Below, one piece after another: positions 1 to 15,225 of a DNA stretch of 64,000 bases. Position numbers and translations under genes: made by a program. This DNA is from Tubiluchus corallicola (Eukaryota; Animalia; Priapulida), in assembly GCA_030141605.1 (NCBI GenBank), contig JAQGDQ010000508.1:1-64000 (forward strand), in the 5' to 3' direction. The notes under the pieces are model-generated. The model saw only the letters and a program-made list of their open reading frames with translations, was not told the DNA's origin and did not search any database. Each line of letters begins with the position of its first letter. Within the stretch, counting starts at the first letter, position 1.

Positions 1-1843
<1,843 letters not shown>

Positions 1844-2599
1844 CGACTTAAAACAACTTTTCAGCATAAGCATTGCATAAAGCACGTACGTGTATGGTAA
1901 AATGGGCTTTTGTCGTACACTTGTTGATATCGGACAATATTTTCGGGGAAAATATTTTTTCATTCACATTGCGAATATGTTGGAATTGAATTGTTGAAAC
2001 CACTTCATAATAAACTTCATACTTTAACAAAATAGTATAAACACTTTCTATATTCTTCTTTTTTATTCTCTTTCATTAACAGAGAAAAATACAAGAACTT
2101 TCTAGTAACGTCTAAAGTCGGTTGCACGACATTATCCAGTAAACGACCATGGCTTATTTTGCGGTTTTATTCTGTACGGCGCTTTTAATGCACAACAAAA
2201 ATACTTAGAGGAACAGCGTGACAAAATATTTTAATACTATGAAGTAAACGAATTAAAACTTTGTTAAAAGTAATGATACGTAACTTCTTTTATCGTGTAT
2301 TTACTTTGTCATATGTTCAGCATATGTTAGCTGATTTTCACCTCTGCCAGTAAAACGCACACGGAGTTGCCATTAAACGTTTTTAACGATTCTATAAAGA
2401 TAATGTAACTTATTTATGTCGCACGCTGCGTAAATCAAGATGTAAATAAAAATGTTTATTTTTTTATATGCGCCCTTGCGAATGTTAGACTCCTCTACGT
2501 ATCATAAGACTAAGCTGTAAAAGAGGCACGCCTCTGAAATTGAACGATAAGAACAAGAAAACTATGCGAGGTTTTTGCAGGAGTTATCAACCGATGTCC

Positions 2600-2990
2600 A
2601 TATCATAACATGAGCGTCTGGTTTCAGTTAAGACTGGGTTCAGCGAGTGCCCGTCCAGTTAAGGTGATAAATTGGTTCAGCTAGAGGAAGAATGAGGAAA
2701 AGATGTTCATGGAAGCTTTGCTTTTGTATACTGGCTGTGGTGTCTATAAGTATTTTTAGATGTATAGTATTTTGCTTTGCAGTTCTGTATAATTGTTTGT
2801 TCTGCACTAATTGGCACAGAGCATTATGAAGCCAATTTTGTTATTTCTAAGACAGGTAAATAATCAACTTGTGCAAAGTTGTTCTTGGGACCAGTTTGTC
2901 GTTCGTTGTTTTTTCACTTTGTTCTGCTTTTTCGTGTTTACCAGTAGACCTGTCTGCTCTGCTTGTGTGAAGCAGTTTAGATAAACAAGC
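2600..2990 (-). pseudogene. Highly decayed LINE (RTE-like) reverse transcriptase fragment in the palindrome spacer
   Basis: My minus-strand translation gives QAEQTGLLVNTKK (GLxINxxK motif), QVDY/FTCL across a frameshift (EQVxxFxYLG), and later LNWTG (LRWxGH). Many stops. Confidence 0.35.
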
Positions 2991-3625
2991 CAGCACGAGA
3001 CGTATGAATATCAAACCGAAGTGTAAACTCTCATCCTCTTCACAACATTGTTTCTCTTCTCCGATGTCACGGAAACAGCTGCGTGATTTGTTTGTAAAAA
3101 AATCCCGATCTAGTTAAGCCTCCTGCCACGAACGGAGAGATTAGCCTCGGTAAATGAAGTGCCTTGTATACCTTCACCAGCTGAGCACAAACATACGCCT
3201 TGCATAGCTGGTTTAAGTGGAAGTCTGAAGCCGCTTTTTTGAATTCGAAACGATTTGCCGGGTTGTTACCGTCGGAATACATCCGAGGCATTTCTAGCAG
3301 CAGTTTTGGCTTGTCTTGTTGATGTTTGTGAAAAATGACACAGCGTTGGATTCTTGGCGGCCCAGAATGTGTTCAAACTGCCCACTGCCGTCAGAGCAAA
3401 ACATCAACAAAAATTTGTGCTGTATGGCCACTTGATTGGAGCACTTTTCTAACTCCAAGAAATGCAGATTCTCCGAAAAAGCTACACCAAAAGATTCTTT
3501 TATTTGGCACTAAATTAACTGAAGTCTAATAACTGCAGGAAGCTATTCATGATACGTCCTGGTTTAAAATGCTGGTTTAATTTTGGTAACCAAAGCTATT
3601 ACTAAGAGAAAATTTTAGTACGACA

Positions 3626-5000
3626 CCATTAGAAGCATAATCTTCAACTAAATCTGTCCTCCTTTAATTGGTTGATACATTAGCTGATCGATTAATGTAT
3701 ACGATGGATGGACCGATGGTCATGTTATGGCAGGAATACACGCATTTTTGCTATAAATGTGGGTAAACCAGTGCATTGGTTGATAGTCTTGTGTCATTTG
3801 TTAACATTTACTTTGGATATATTATTTTTAGAGGTAACAATGTCAGCTATAATAAAACAACACAAGTTACAGTCGACATTCTTACGCGTATTAATTATTC
3901 GCTAGGAATACAGTGGCCTAGTGGTCTATGGCAACTGACGCAGAAGGTTCCTGGTTCAAATCTATGCCGTATAATTTTTTTTAGGTTTTCTCTTTTTCAA
4001 GCTTTTAAATCCAACATTTAATTAAATGTAGGGTTGTACCAATGTCAAAATGCCAAAATAAAGACGTTCCAAACGTCTTTACCAAAGGCGTATGGATTGC
4101 CAAAGATTACTAAAAGCGTGAGACAATGGTGCAGATTTTATGCAATCATAGAATAATCCGTGAGCTCATTTATGTATCCTCGCCAGATCATTTGCAATTA
4201 TAAGATTGGCGTCATCTGTCATCTTGCGAAACCTGAATTTCATGCATGTTATTACTGTAAATAGCAAAGAATTCAAAATTCTGCGTTATCTGTAGAATCT
4301 TGCAGAGGGAGCGTCACATTGTTTTTACTCGGATTCGTCATATTCCTTATCACATATTACTTCACATTATTCTCTGTACTTCTCAAAGCTTGCTGAGTAA
4401 TAATATACGTCACCGGTCTTGAGTTGTGGCACGTGACACATTTGTTTATTCTGTTACATCAAAATAGGGCAATATTTGGAGTTCAACAATCACTCTGCTT
4501 GCAACTCTGTCAAGTTTTTGGCATTGAGATCTGGAAGCTTACAATTATGTAAAACAATAGGATCACTAAATATGGAGATTGGTTAGTACTGCTCCACGAC
4601 CTCCATTAGGTATTGTGGAAGTGAATGATTGAATGTGTTGTCGGAGCAAGGAAGCTGATGCCAAGTTAAAATTCTCTTATTTATTAGAAGTGACAAGGGG
4701 ACGATGCACGCCAAAATAGTGGCAGTTTAAATGCTTTCAGTAATGGTAACAATGTACAATCGAATTCCAGCTTTGAACTTGAGAGAGATTTGAAAGGAAT
4801 TTTAACGTGTGTAAAATTTTCATAAATATTGTAAAGGACGTAGTCGTGAAAAAAATATTAGAATGAAAATTGTGTGAAGTTTCGTAAAGTTAGGTCTTCA
4901 TCCATTTAAAAAGCTTAACGAAATAAACAATGTTATGACGCTTTTTTGTAGAAATCTTCCATACATATAGAGGGATTGTAAACAACTTTTTCAGATAAAG

Positions 5001-5080
<80 letters not shown>

Positions 5081-5430
5081 GTGGTGGTGGCGATGGTTCT
5101 GTATTGCCACAAACAGTAATTTAAAAATATTCAGTTGGAACTGTCGGTGAAAAGTCATACGTGTTCAAGAAAGAGAGCAGAAAAGCACAGCATTTCTCTT
5201 CATTGCTTTAAGTGAAAGAAAAGTAAAATGCAGAAAAATAGCACCACTGAAACAGCAAGAAAAAGACAGTGAAGTGTGCTTACCTACTTAATTAGATGAC
5301 AGGAAAAAAGTCAGGGGAAGTGTCACAATTTCGTCTAGGGAAAAATGAGCAGAAAATAGTCACAATTAATTTTGATTAGGGTTAGGATTAGGCTTATAGT
5401 TAAACGTGGGGTTAGGTTTATTTTTTTCTT
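3626..5430 (-). repeat. Right arm of the large inverted repeat (may extend past 5430)
   Basis: CCATTAGAAGCATAATC at 3626 pairs with GATTATGCTTCTAATGG ending at 1843. GGTTTATTTTTTTCTT ending at 5430 pairs with position 1. Confidence 0.97.
3911..3968 (+). promoter_or_regulatory. tRNA-like Pol III internal promoter (A and B box); mirror copy at about 1501-1558 (-)
   Basis: TGGCCTAGTGG (A box) at 3914 and GGTTCAAATC (B box) at 3953, tRNA-like spacing, followed by a T run. No full cloverleaf. Confidence 0.5.
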
Positions 5431-5507
5431 TCCTGACTCTTTTTCCTGTGCCTTTTTTCTGACCTTTTTCCTGTGACTCTTTCACCTGTGACTTTTTACC
5501 TAGATTC
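5297..5507. mobile_element. About 210-bp MITE with GTCACAGGAAAAAA-type subterminal repeats and a central TTAGGG-like core (partial mirror copy at 1-134)
   Basis: GACAGGAAAAAAGTCAGG... on the left, repeated TTTTTCCTGTGAC on the right, and GATTAGGGTTAGGATTAGG in the centre. The same architecture occurs at 57700-57945. Confidence 0.65.
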
Positions 5508-6459
5508 AATTAATTACATTAGTACAATACTACTTAGTACTAATAACATTTGGTGGGATTTGTGGTCTTTCTCTTTACTTAGAGCGTTTTCTATGCTGTT
5601 TATTAGTGTTCAGTTTTGTGCTTGACAAGCAGTTGCGTTGAAAATTATGAAATACGCACTTTTTGAATAATTACAGTAGACGATGCATAAAAAAATCGTA
5701 AAACATACTTTGTGATCTGTTTACTGTAGGTATTTTTTGTCAAATCCTAGCATATTAGAGACGCTGGAGGGTTTCAAAGACTGTGTACCCGCTTTAGATT
5801 AAAATTACTGACTGCAGTTTTGTTTATGAAAACAACCGAACATCACAAGCCGCCAAAGATGATTTTTTCGTGCTCGTCTGATCACATTACAGAAAGAACA
5901 AATTAGTAAACAAATTGTCTGCCGTCGATAGTTTATTCAACTTAGATGAAAAACTTTAATTGCTAAAAGGTCTGTGAAAGTTTATTATTTTACTGCAAAA
6001 GTTAAATAAACTTCTTTAAAGGAAAAATAAAGTTTTTGAATTAAGTTCTAATTTACATTTCTAATTTAAGTTATGCATTTCCTGAAAAATATATTCATGA
6101 AAGCTACAGCGAATGGCCAAACAACCGTAGAAATTTATATTCTAATCTTCCAACGCTTTGAATCTTTCGTCATTTTCAAACTAAAGCAGTCAGTAGCTGA
6201 CTTTGATGACCAGTTGGACCTTCGCTACCATTTCTCCTGCACCCCCTGACACTTTCTTTTATACATATTTTTATCGCAACTGTTAATTAAGTATAGCACT
6301 TATTGTTTATCTTGTAATTTTGGTGTTAATTAGGAGATAAATAAAATTGTCCATGTCCACGTCTAGATGATGCAAGATGAAGCAGAAAAATTTTTGTTTA
6401 AAAAACTAGGCAGTTTGCTAAATGAATAGCTGACCACCAACAGCGGGCGTTTGAGTGCG

Positions 6460-6512
6460 AGAGTTAAGCAGCGCCAACTCTGGGAAATAAATAGATGAAT
6501 GACTGCTAGGAA
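6460..6512 (+). pseudogene. Possible 5S rRNA-derived fragment (SINE3-like)
   Basis: AGTTAAGCAGCG...TAGATGAATGACTGCTAGGAA resembles the 5S internal control region AGTTAAGCAACG...TGGATGGGTGACCGCCTGGGAA. Short and diverged. Confidence 0.3.
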
Positions 6513-7864
6513 GCTTATTTCTGGGTGGCTTCATTTGCCGTGTTGCCTCCGATTATTTCACTCGTCGAGAGCTGATGTAAATGCGTCTAAAAATAGACAG
6601 CTGATTCTTGTCATATCTTTTGAGAATGTAAGTATTAGCCTCAAAAGACCCGACAATCAAAAAATTATCGAAGTTTCAAATTAACAAGCGTATGATCATT
6701 TTTAATAAATGGGTGTCTGTACGTACTAATTATTTCTAATATATATTTAGATTTTAGTTCACGTGTATTACGTCTGTTTTCATTTATAGTTTGTACGTGC
6801 TTCAACGGCCTTAAAGTCTTGTTAGTAAACACCATTAAGTCCTGTATAATTCCACAGAAAACTAGTAATATAATAGTCTTCAAGAAATTGCCAAAATAGT
6901 AGAATCATTTCTGTTGGTTCATTGATATGTTGTTTGCAGCGCACTTCTTAAACGATAATGAAGTTAAAAATTTCCATTATCCTACCTGGCTTTTGCTTCT
7001 CCTGGTTCTTGTGGTAGGAAAATTTATCGTAATTGTTATAGAGAATTTTCAGTCCAACTTCTTGTACCTCAAAACACACACTTTTGTTTGAGGTGCAAGG
7101 TTTTAGGTTCACTAAGATCAAACTGATAAGTCATTGAAATGGAAACCCTCGAGCACTTTAACCTTTCGTCAGTTTAAATATTATCCCTTGCTTTTTGCCC
7201 TGTTTCTTTTTCGTTTTCTTTTTTTATCGATGCGCCCTAATTCTAGGGAAGCATGTACAAAGCTTGACTACAGTTATATAAATATTAATTTTGTAAAATA
7301 ATGAAAAATTGCCTTCATCATCTAAACTTCGCTAATCAAATTACAGCTGAAGGTTATTGTACCAGCATCCGTTTTGTATTTAATTCTGCACATGAATTCA
7401 TGCCACATGAGCTGACAATCAAATTAGCCGATTTATAATGAAAAGCTTGGTAGCTGTCATGGGCTCACAGTCGCAGATTAATACAAATAAAGGAAAAGTT
7501 GTCTCAAATAAGAAAAGCAAAAATTTCTGACCCTAACATTTGACGTCTGTGCATTTATCGGCTAAAAAATTTAAGCCAGAAGAGAAGCCGAGTTGTCACG
7601 GTGTGTGCTTGGCGACGAGGTTGATCAGTGGAATCGGTAGTCAGTGCTCGTCACTCATTTCCTTGCCTGGCTGTTTTCTTTATAGAAGAATGATGTATGA
7701 TTTGAACGTAACTAAGGCGCCTTTGCTGGTTCAGTGGTTCGAGTTAGAAGATTAGCCAATTCCGGATTCGCCAGAGCCTTCCAGGTTGAGTAAGCCCGAC
7801 ACTAACTGCTGAATTCCGCCTTGCAGTGTGTCAAATTGCTGGATAAGTCTGAAATGTTTGACCC

Positions 7865-8484
7865 TTAAAGGAAGACAAGACGATTTTTCGTATACTACCC
7901 AATTTTCAAGTCCGATAAAAAGTATACGTTTTAACACGATTAATACTGCAAAAGCGTTTCTGATAATTAAATAATAGATTAAAAACTCAATTAATGACGC
8001 CCAATAATTGATGACATCACAAACTAACATAATTTTCAACAGCAAAAATATTCCACGAGCGTGTTGCACGTGTTTGCGAAAGCGAAAGTTGAAGTCCAGT
8101 GCTACTGTAAGATGTTCAGTGTGTTATACTAAAACTAGGTGAGTTTTAAGATAAAATTCAAATTTCAAATTTACCGCTGTGCCACGCATGAGCTGCCGAA
8201 CGTGTGTAGTACTTTGTCGGAAACTAATACCTCTGAACTGAGAGGTACAGTACCTGTTTTTGTGTAATGCGCTTCCGAAATGCAGGTGCTAGTGTCTGTC
8301 TAACTAGCGAATGGCGAAATGCATGTAACAACGAAGAACTAGTGGCGCGAACGCGAAATTGTGTTTGTGTGGTAATAATTCTTTCACGTAAGTCATTTTT
8401 GAAGAAATAGTGTGTTCCTTTCAATATTTTAAGTAGCAGATTGTTTTGACCTACAGTTTAAGATTGGCTCTGGTTTTGCTTTAA
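7865..8484 (+). mobile_element. Non-autonomous Kolobok-like DNA transposon, family A, full length
   Basis: TTAA|AGGAAGACAAGACGATT ... GATTGGCTCTGGTTTTGCT|TTAA. The body is shared with 11085, 37670, 52465 and 60985. TTAA flanks with RR..YY ends are the established Kolobok signature. Confidence 0.8.
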
Positions 8485-8540
8485 GAAATCATCAAATTTC
8501 GGATACGTGAATGCGATGACTCGAATTAATATAATCAAAC

Positions 8541-8717
8541 CAAGTCAGCCACCCATCTAAACCATTCTGATTAAAACAAGTCAGCGGCCCATCTAAACCA
8601 TTCTGATTAAAACACGTCAGCGACCCATCTACACCATTCTGATTAAAGCAAGTCAGCGACCCATCTAAACCATTCTGATTAAAACAAGCCAACGACCTAT
8701 CTAAACCACTCTGATTT
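8541..8717. repeat. 36-bp minisatellite, about 5 copies
   Basis: Unit CAAGTCAGCGACCCATCTAAACCATTCTGATTAAAA; explains ORF 8492-8692. Confidence 0.95.
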
Positions 8718-9112
8718 AGCTTACATAATGAGATAGAGACACATATTTAGCCAGGTATGCTAACAGGCTGAACAACTTATCCGCTTAGACAAACAGAATG
8801 GTCTTAGCAAACGATTTGACTAAACATTTTCAGTGTGAACATATTATTATTAGTTTATCTCCTGCTACAAATTTTAAAGATGTACTGCCGAACTACCGGT
8901 TATAGGCTTAGAACACTTCTCAGATAAGAGATATCAAAAACCAATATTTTTTCTCTGGCGCATTACGCGCAGCTGAACATGAAGAAAAAACATGGAAGCA
9001 AATTTTTTGAAGTTATCAGTTTTATTTCCCACAATAAAATGTATGTTTAACTAGGTGATACGTGCATGTGTGGTTTACGCCTTCTGCATGTTCTTAAGCA
9101 CGTAAACGTAAG

Positions 9113-9585
9113 TATAAAGCATAAAAAGCGCTCTTCATAAATAAAGCTTAAAGAAATCGTCTTAATATTTTATTACACTTATATCCTATTTTATTGCATA
9201 CAGTGCTTGCGTAGGCAGTGACGGTTAATAAAACTTGCAAGTTTAAACTCCCGCGATGACTGTTAGGCGTAGCCATTCTAAAGGCAAGTCGTCTAAAACA
9301 AGTTTAAATAAGATTGGAAAAGTTTGAAAAAATAGCCAGAGCATTCGTTGTACACTCTTTGCTAATTATGGAAAAGTATAAATTGCCTTACATTATGAAT
9401 AAGATCAATAATGTGTTTTTTTGGTGAACCAGTGGTGCTGTTTTACCAGGTGCTACCTAGAAAGTAGTAACTTTCTTTTATAATTACACAAGTATTTCAA
9501 ACAGATAAGCATAAGGTTAAATAATACAACTTTGTGATGGAAACATCGTTAAGATGTATTTTAAAATCACCTTTCTTTCCTTTAA
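9113..9585 (+). mobile_element. Kolobok-like non-autonomous element, family D
   Basis: Ends CTTTCTTTCCTTTAA; colinear with 48912-49386 and more distantly with 15226-15738. Confidence 0.65.
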
Positions 9586-9655
9586 AGTTTTAAATAGTTT
9601 GTTGTCATTTAGAATATATAAAATAGAAAACTACAGACTTTTTACAATGGTCAAC

Positions 9656-10124
9656 CAGGGTGTAATGTTTTTCTTGGGATGCGGTATGGCGAAGGCTCCC
9701 TTTTCCATAATGAAAGAACATGGTGACTAAGGGCGTATTAAAAATTTACGACGCCATAGGCTGATAGTTTTGTACCGCCTATCTCTATTGTGAATTTATT
9801 ATTGTTTAGGTAAGTGAACAGATCAAGCAATTACTTGCGGTGTATTAGAAACAGTATTAACCTAGTTTCTACGTATTTGCATAGCTTTTATATTCAAGTT
9901 GGCTGCACAACTGCTTGTTGTGTAATACCTTGCACCTATATTTGATACATATTTGAGTTGCGCTCAGTAACTGCCTGTGGTGTGCTATAAAATGTGCCCT
10001 TTACCTAAATATGAAAGTTACACATTTTCCGAGGAGTATAAGATTTTTTTCTAAAATGTGACGCCCCTCAAACCTTGGCACCCTAGGCTACAGCCTAGGT
10101 AGCCTATTGGTTAATACGCTCCTG
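9656..10124 (+). mobile_element. hAT-like MITE with CAGG..CCTG ends
   Basis: Starts CAGGGTGTAAT and ends CCTAGGCTACAGCCTAGG...TAATACGCTCCTG (imperfect TIR, subterminal palindrome). The TSD is degenerate. Confidence 0.45.
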
Positions 10125-11084
10125 ACGGTGACGCTGTGGCCCATGCACGAGGTAAAAAGACGCCAATGAATCTAATACACATTTTAGATATTGCTCTACT
10201 AAACTTTGTGTTAAGTTAAATAGAAGGACGCAGAGCGACGAGTTGAAGTGGCCTTAACCTAAATTCAAAAACCACACAGTCGAATAATTAAACTCAAAAA
10301 AATTTATAATAAAATTATTAGTCATTGTAAACTCAACTAAACATTGTTAGTCACTGCAATCATGTCAAAGGCTCTGATCCGTTAGAAGATCGTCAACTAG
10401 TTATGGTAAATATAGTAGTTATATTATATCATGCAAGTAACCTAGTATAGGTGTTTTCGTAACATTTGCAAAGGATAAAATAGTTCTCTGCCTCCGCTGT
10501 TCTCCTCTCCACTTTGACAGATTTATTTTTTATTGGCTCAACCGACTGTCTTACGTCATTAACAATTGATTGATTTGCGAGTGTATATATAGCAGCATTC
10601 GGGTTCGAAAACCAATCTCGGATGTTCACTGCTTTAATCGTGCGTCAAGTTTTCGTCCATTCCGGCTTCAGCAATTTTTCAAAGTCAACTAGGCTAGTCG
10701 TCTTTTATGTGGATGTCAGTCTTGTAATCAGGCTATGTGCACGAATTTAGCGCACATAACATGTTAAAATTTAGCCAGCCGACCAGTTTTATTACTGATG
10801 CGTTATCAAGACTGTTAATTAAAAGAAGACACAGGGACACAGCCTTAGGTCGAGTGGGAGCCTATGTATCAACCTCCTTGTACATAGTTACGGTTTGCAC
10901 AGATTTGAATAAAAAGTTCTTGATTAAGACTGATAATACTACATAATGTACTGCTGCAATGTAATGGCTCTTTTTTGTACTTTTGTACATTATTGTTGTT
11001 TTGCTGTATGTATGTCATTGTAATGTAATGTATATGCCAAAAAATTATATTTCTACTTACAAGTGATAAATTGGTACATGCAAA

Positions 11085-11675
11085 TTAAAGGAAAACAGGA
11101 TGATTTTTCAATTACTACCCCATTTTCAAGTACGATAAAAAGTGTACATTTTAACACGATTAATACTGCAAAAGCGTTTCTGATAATTAAATAATAGATT
11201 AAAAACTCAATTAATGACGCCCAACTATTGATGACATCACAAACTAGCTTAATTTTCAACCGCAAAAAATATTTCACGAGCGTGTTGCACTTGTTTGTAA
11301 ACGCGAAAATTAAAGTATTGTAAAATATTCAGTGCGTTGTGCTAGAACTAGGCAAGTCTTAAGACAAAAATTCAAATTTCACATTTACCACTGTGCTCAC
11401 GCATGAGCTGTCGAACGTGTGTAGTTCGTCACAAACTAAGACATCTGAACTGAGAGGTACAGCACATGTTTTTTGTGCAACGCGTTTCCGAAATGCAGGC
11501 GCTAGTGCCTGTCTAACTAGCGAAGGGCGAAATGCACGTAACGGCAAAGAACTAGTGGCGCGGACGCGAAATTGTGTTTGCGTGGTAGTAATTTTTGACA
11601 ATGCTTCCTTTCAATATTTTAAAGAGTGGATTGTTTTGATCTGCATTTCAAGATTGGGACCGGTTTTCTTTTTAA
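11085..11675 (+). mobile_element. Kolobok-like family A, full length
   Basis: TTAA|AGGAAAACAGGATGATT ... GGACCGGTTTTCTTT|TTAA; colinear with 7865-8484. Confidence 0.8.
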
Positions 11676-11894
11676 TGCAAGCAGCTACAAGAAGATATAG
11701 TAATAATGGACTTTTGCACGAGTAGCAAGCGCGGTACGAAAATATCTTTGTTTTAAGTTTAATACTATTGGGAATGGGGCATTCAGATAATATTTGTTTG
11801 AGTAGTAATAACAATTAATGTGACTTGAGCTAAGAAATACGTTCTAAGACAATGGTGTACGGCTGATGGGCGGACATTTTAATTTTGAATTGAT

Positions 11895-12097
11895 ATTTCT
11901 CTCCCCTCCCCTGTCTTTTTCTCGTTTGCATTTTGTGTCTGTCTCTCCGCCTTTCTTTCTCTTCCTCCTTTTCATCCCTTCTCTTTCTTTCTTTTTCTTT
12001 CTCTGTCTGTCTACCTTGCGATCGTTCTTTCTTTCATTTTTTCTGCCTTTTTTCCGTTCTTTTCTTTATCCCCGTGTTTCTCATTGTTTTCCTACTG

Positions 12098-12193
<96 letters not shown>

Positions 12194-12390
12194 CCTCTGT
12201 CTTTCCCACTCTCTTTCTCTGTATTTTTCTCCTCTCTTTTTCTCCCTCTCTTTTTTCTCTCTCTCTCTCTATCTGTTTCTACTCTCACCCTCTGTATCTC
12301 TCTGTCTTTCTTTTTCTCCATTTCTTTAGCTTTATCTTTGTCCAGCTCTTTATCTCTTCTGACTTTCTGATTTTTCTCTTTCTCTCATTT
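11895..12390. repeat. Polypyrimidine tract with pure (CT)n core at 12099-12190
   Basis: Seen directly; source of the SL/ER repeat ORFs. Confidence 0.95.
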
Positions 12391-12694
12391 CTATGTTCGA
12401 AGCTCATGGCACACAAAAGCTAAAGTTTGTTTTCAGTTGACTCATTGTTGGGAGAAAAGGTTTGTTTAAATGAGGCACTTAAACTATTGGAAAAGATAAA
12501 TAGTTCAACCGCTGAAAGCCTACAGTCATTTATCAAAATAAGTTTAACGTGCAAGAAATTACTGAACAGATCAGTAAATGTTTTAGTTTATGAAGAAGCT
12601 GTGAGACGTTTGCTGCTAAGGTTAACCGTTCTTGATGGTCTGATGGTAGCACAGTATATTGGAGTAATGTCGGTTTCTGTTCTTTGAAGTACAT

Positions 12695-12798
12695 CTTTTG
12701 GCAAAAAAGTTTCCTGTGAATTCTTTCGTCGAGGCAAAAGATTTCATGGCCAAAAACTTTTCTAGCAAAAAGCTTTTTTGGGAAACGAATGTACCTCA
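12695..12798. mobile_element. Fragment of a foldback-type MITE with TTTTC..GG..AAAA subrepeats; related copy at about 52080-52281
   Basis: Shared string AAAAACTTTTCTAG(C/G)AAAA..CT.T..GGGAAACGA near 12751-12790 and 52236-52272. Confidence 0.45.
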
Positions 12799-13608
12799 TA
12801 CAAAAAATCTGATTTGGCTAATGTCGGCCACTGCAAATTAACTGGCCGATAATACCCGGACAAGTCGGGTACTGTCGACCAGTACTGAAACACACCAGGT
12901 ATATTGATGAAACATTGCAGTACATTTATTAACATTCATTAAAAACCATTTAATTCATTGTTGAAAGTAGACTTTAACGATCTCAGAATAGATGATTATT
13001 CATTATAGTTGTTATCAAAAATATTGTAAAACACTAAGGCAACTATGAAATATTGTGCAGTAAATCATCTAATTCTTCTCGAGATTTGTTGCTGATTCGA
13101 GTGACAGACAAGTAGAACAACGGAAACACGTCTACCTGAACAATGCTGGCTCCTGCTGATTGGCTCAACACGCTATAACAACCCAAACTAGCTCACGTGA
13201 CATGTTTAGAGTGCACAGAAACTGGCTGGCCGACATTAACCGATGGCCGACATTACCCCAATATGCCCTATATCAATTATTTTACGTTGCAATTTTTTGG
13301 TCTAAATCATATAAACAAACAAATAACAAATCAGGATGGCATCAGCAATACAGGCAGCTAGACAATCATGTATCAACCAAGACTATTCTGGAAGCCGTTA
13401 CAAGAGACAAACATGATATCAAGACTCCGCGAAACAGCCATTATCATGATATCTGCACAGCAGCAACAACAACGGCGGTGGCGACGGCGACGACGGTAGA
13501 CTACAACAATAGATTACACAAACAAAAGAATTCAGTCGATTAGATTCTTGGTTATGGCTATAACAACCATTACAGTTATGAAATAGTACAAAATTGCCAA
13601 CACTAGTT

Positions 13609-14129
<521 letters not shown>

Positions 14130-14963
14130 GGTGATGATGTTGTATTTTAGTTCAGTTCGATATTTTAGATACCGGAAACGAAAAAACAGATTATTCCATT
14201 GCATTTTGCAAAAACGTTGAATAAGAATTTGTTATCATTGTCCCTGTTTAAATTCGACAAACGTAACACACAAATCCCAAAAGTGTCCATAATTATATTT
14301 TATTATGTACATCAACGTACATATAGACAGTTTCCCTGACAAAATCGATAAAATAAAAATTGTCCACAAACAATAAAAGTGACTGATGTGTTCTGTTGTG
14401 CGCGCTTTCGCTTCATTATAATAGGAAGAAAACTAGCGTCAAATCAGATTATCATAAGCTCGAGGGAATTGACATCGTTTACATGTTTATAATGTCTAGA
14501 ATGGCTGGTAAAATTGACAGCGAACAAATTTACAGTCAAGCGCAGGCAGTGAAAATAATCGTTTCTCTTTCGTTACAAAAGTTCAAGTTTATGACCATCC
14601 AAAAAACACGCAAGAACATCACTTGTTGGCTCACCAGTTGGTAGGTTAGTTGGCTGACTGACTAGTGATTGACCAACTCTCCTTTGACTTGTTGGTTAGT
14701 TAATTCAACATCAGATATTTTTTGGTTTAGTAAATTGTTCGTTTGATTAATACAATTATTGATTGACTGATTGATTTTGTGGTTGAGTGGTGACTAATTG
14801 ACTAATTATAAGCTTTAATTAGATGGTTGCCTGATCAATTGGTTAGCTGGCCACGGGGTTTTTATTCAATGCCAGTTTGACAAATTATTAGTTAACCATA
14901 CGATAAGATTCGTCAATCTTTCAATAAGTTAGTTTGTTGCCTCGCCTACCAACAAACCAGCTA

Positions 14964-15073
14964 GTCAGTCAGTCGGTCGGTCGGCCGGTGGGGCCAGTCA
15001 TTCATTCATTCATTCATTCAGTCAGTCAGTCAGTCAGTCAGTCAGTCAGTCAGTCAGTCAGTCAGTCAGTCAG
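14964..15073. repeat. (TCAT)n/(TCAG)n tetranucleotide repeats
   Basis: Seen directly. Confidence 0.95.
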
Positions 15074-15225
15074 TAGATCGAAATGACATAGTAGTCGGTT
15101 AGTTGATTAGTCATACAAAAGAAACTGTTTCTTTAATCAAGAGGGAAGTTGTGATGAGTACAAAATTATTTTCCCAGATTATTCGCTTGTCGTATTTTAA
15201 CAAATGCAAAAACGCCAAACTTCCG

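Noticed and set aside
8541-8717. 36-bp repeats of CRISPR-like length
   Set aside because: Contiguous tandem copies with no spacers.
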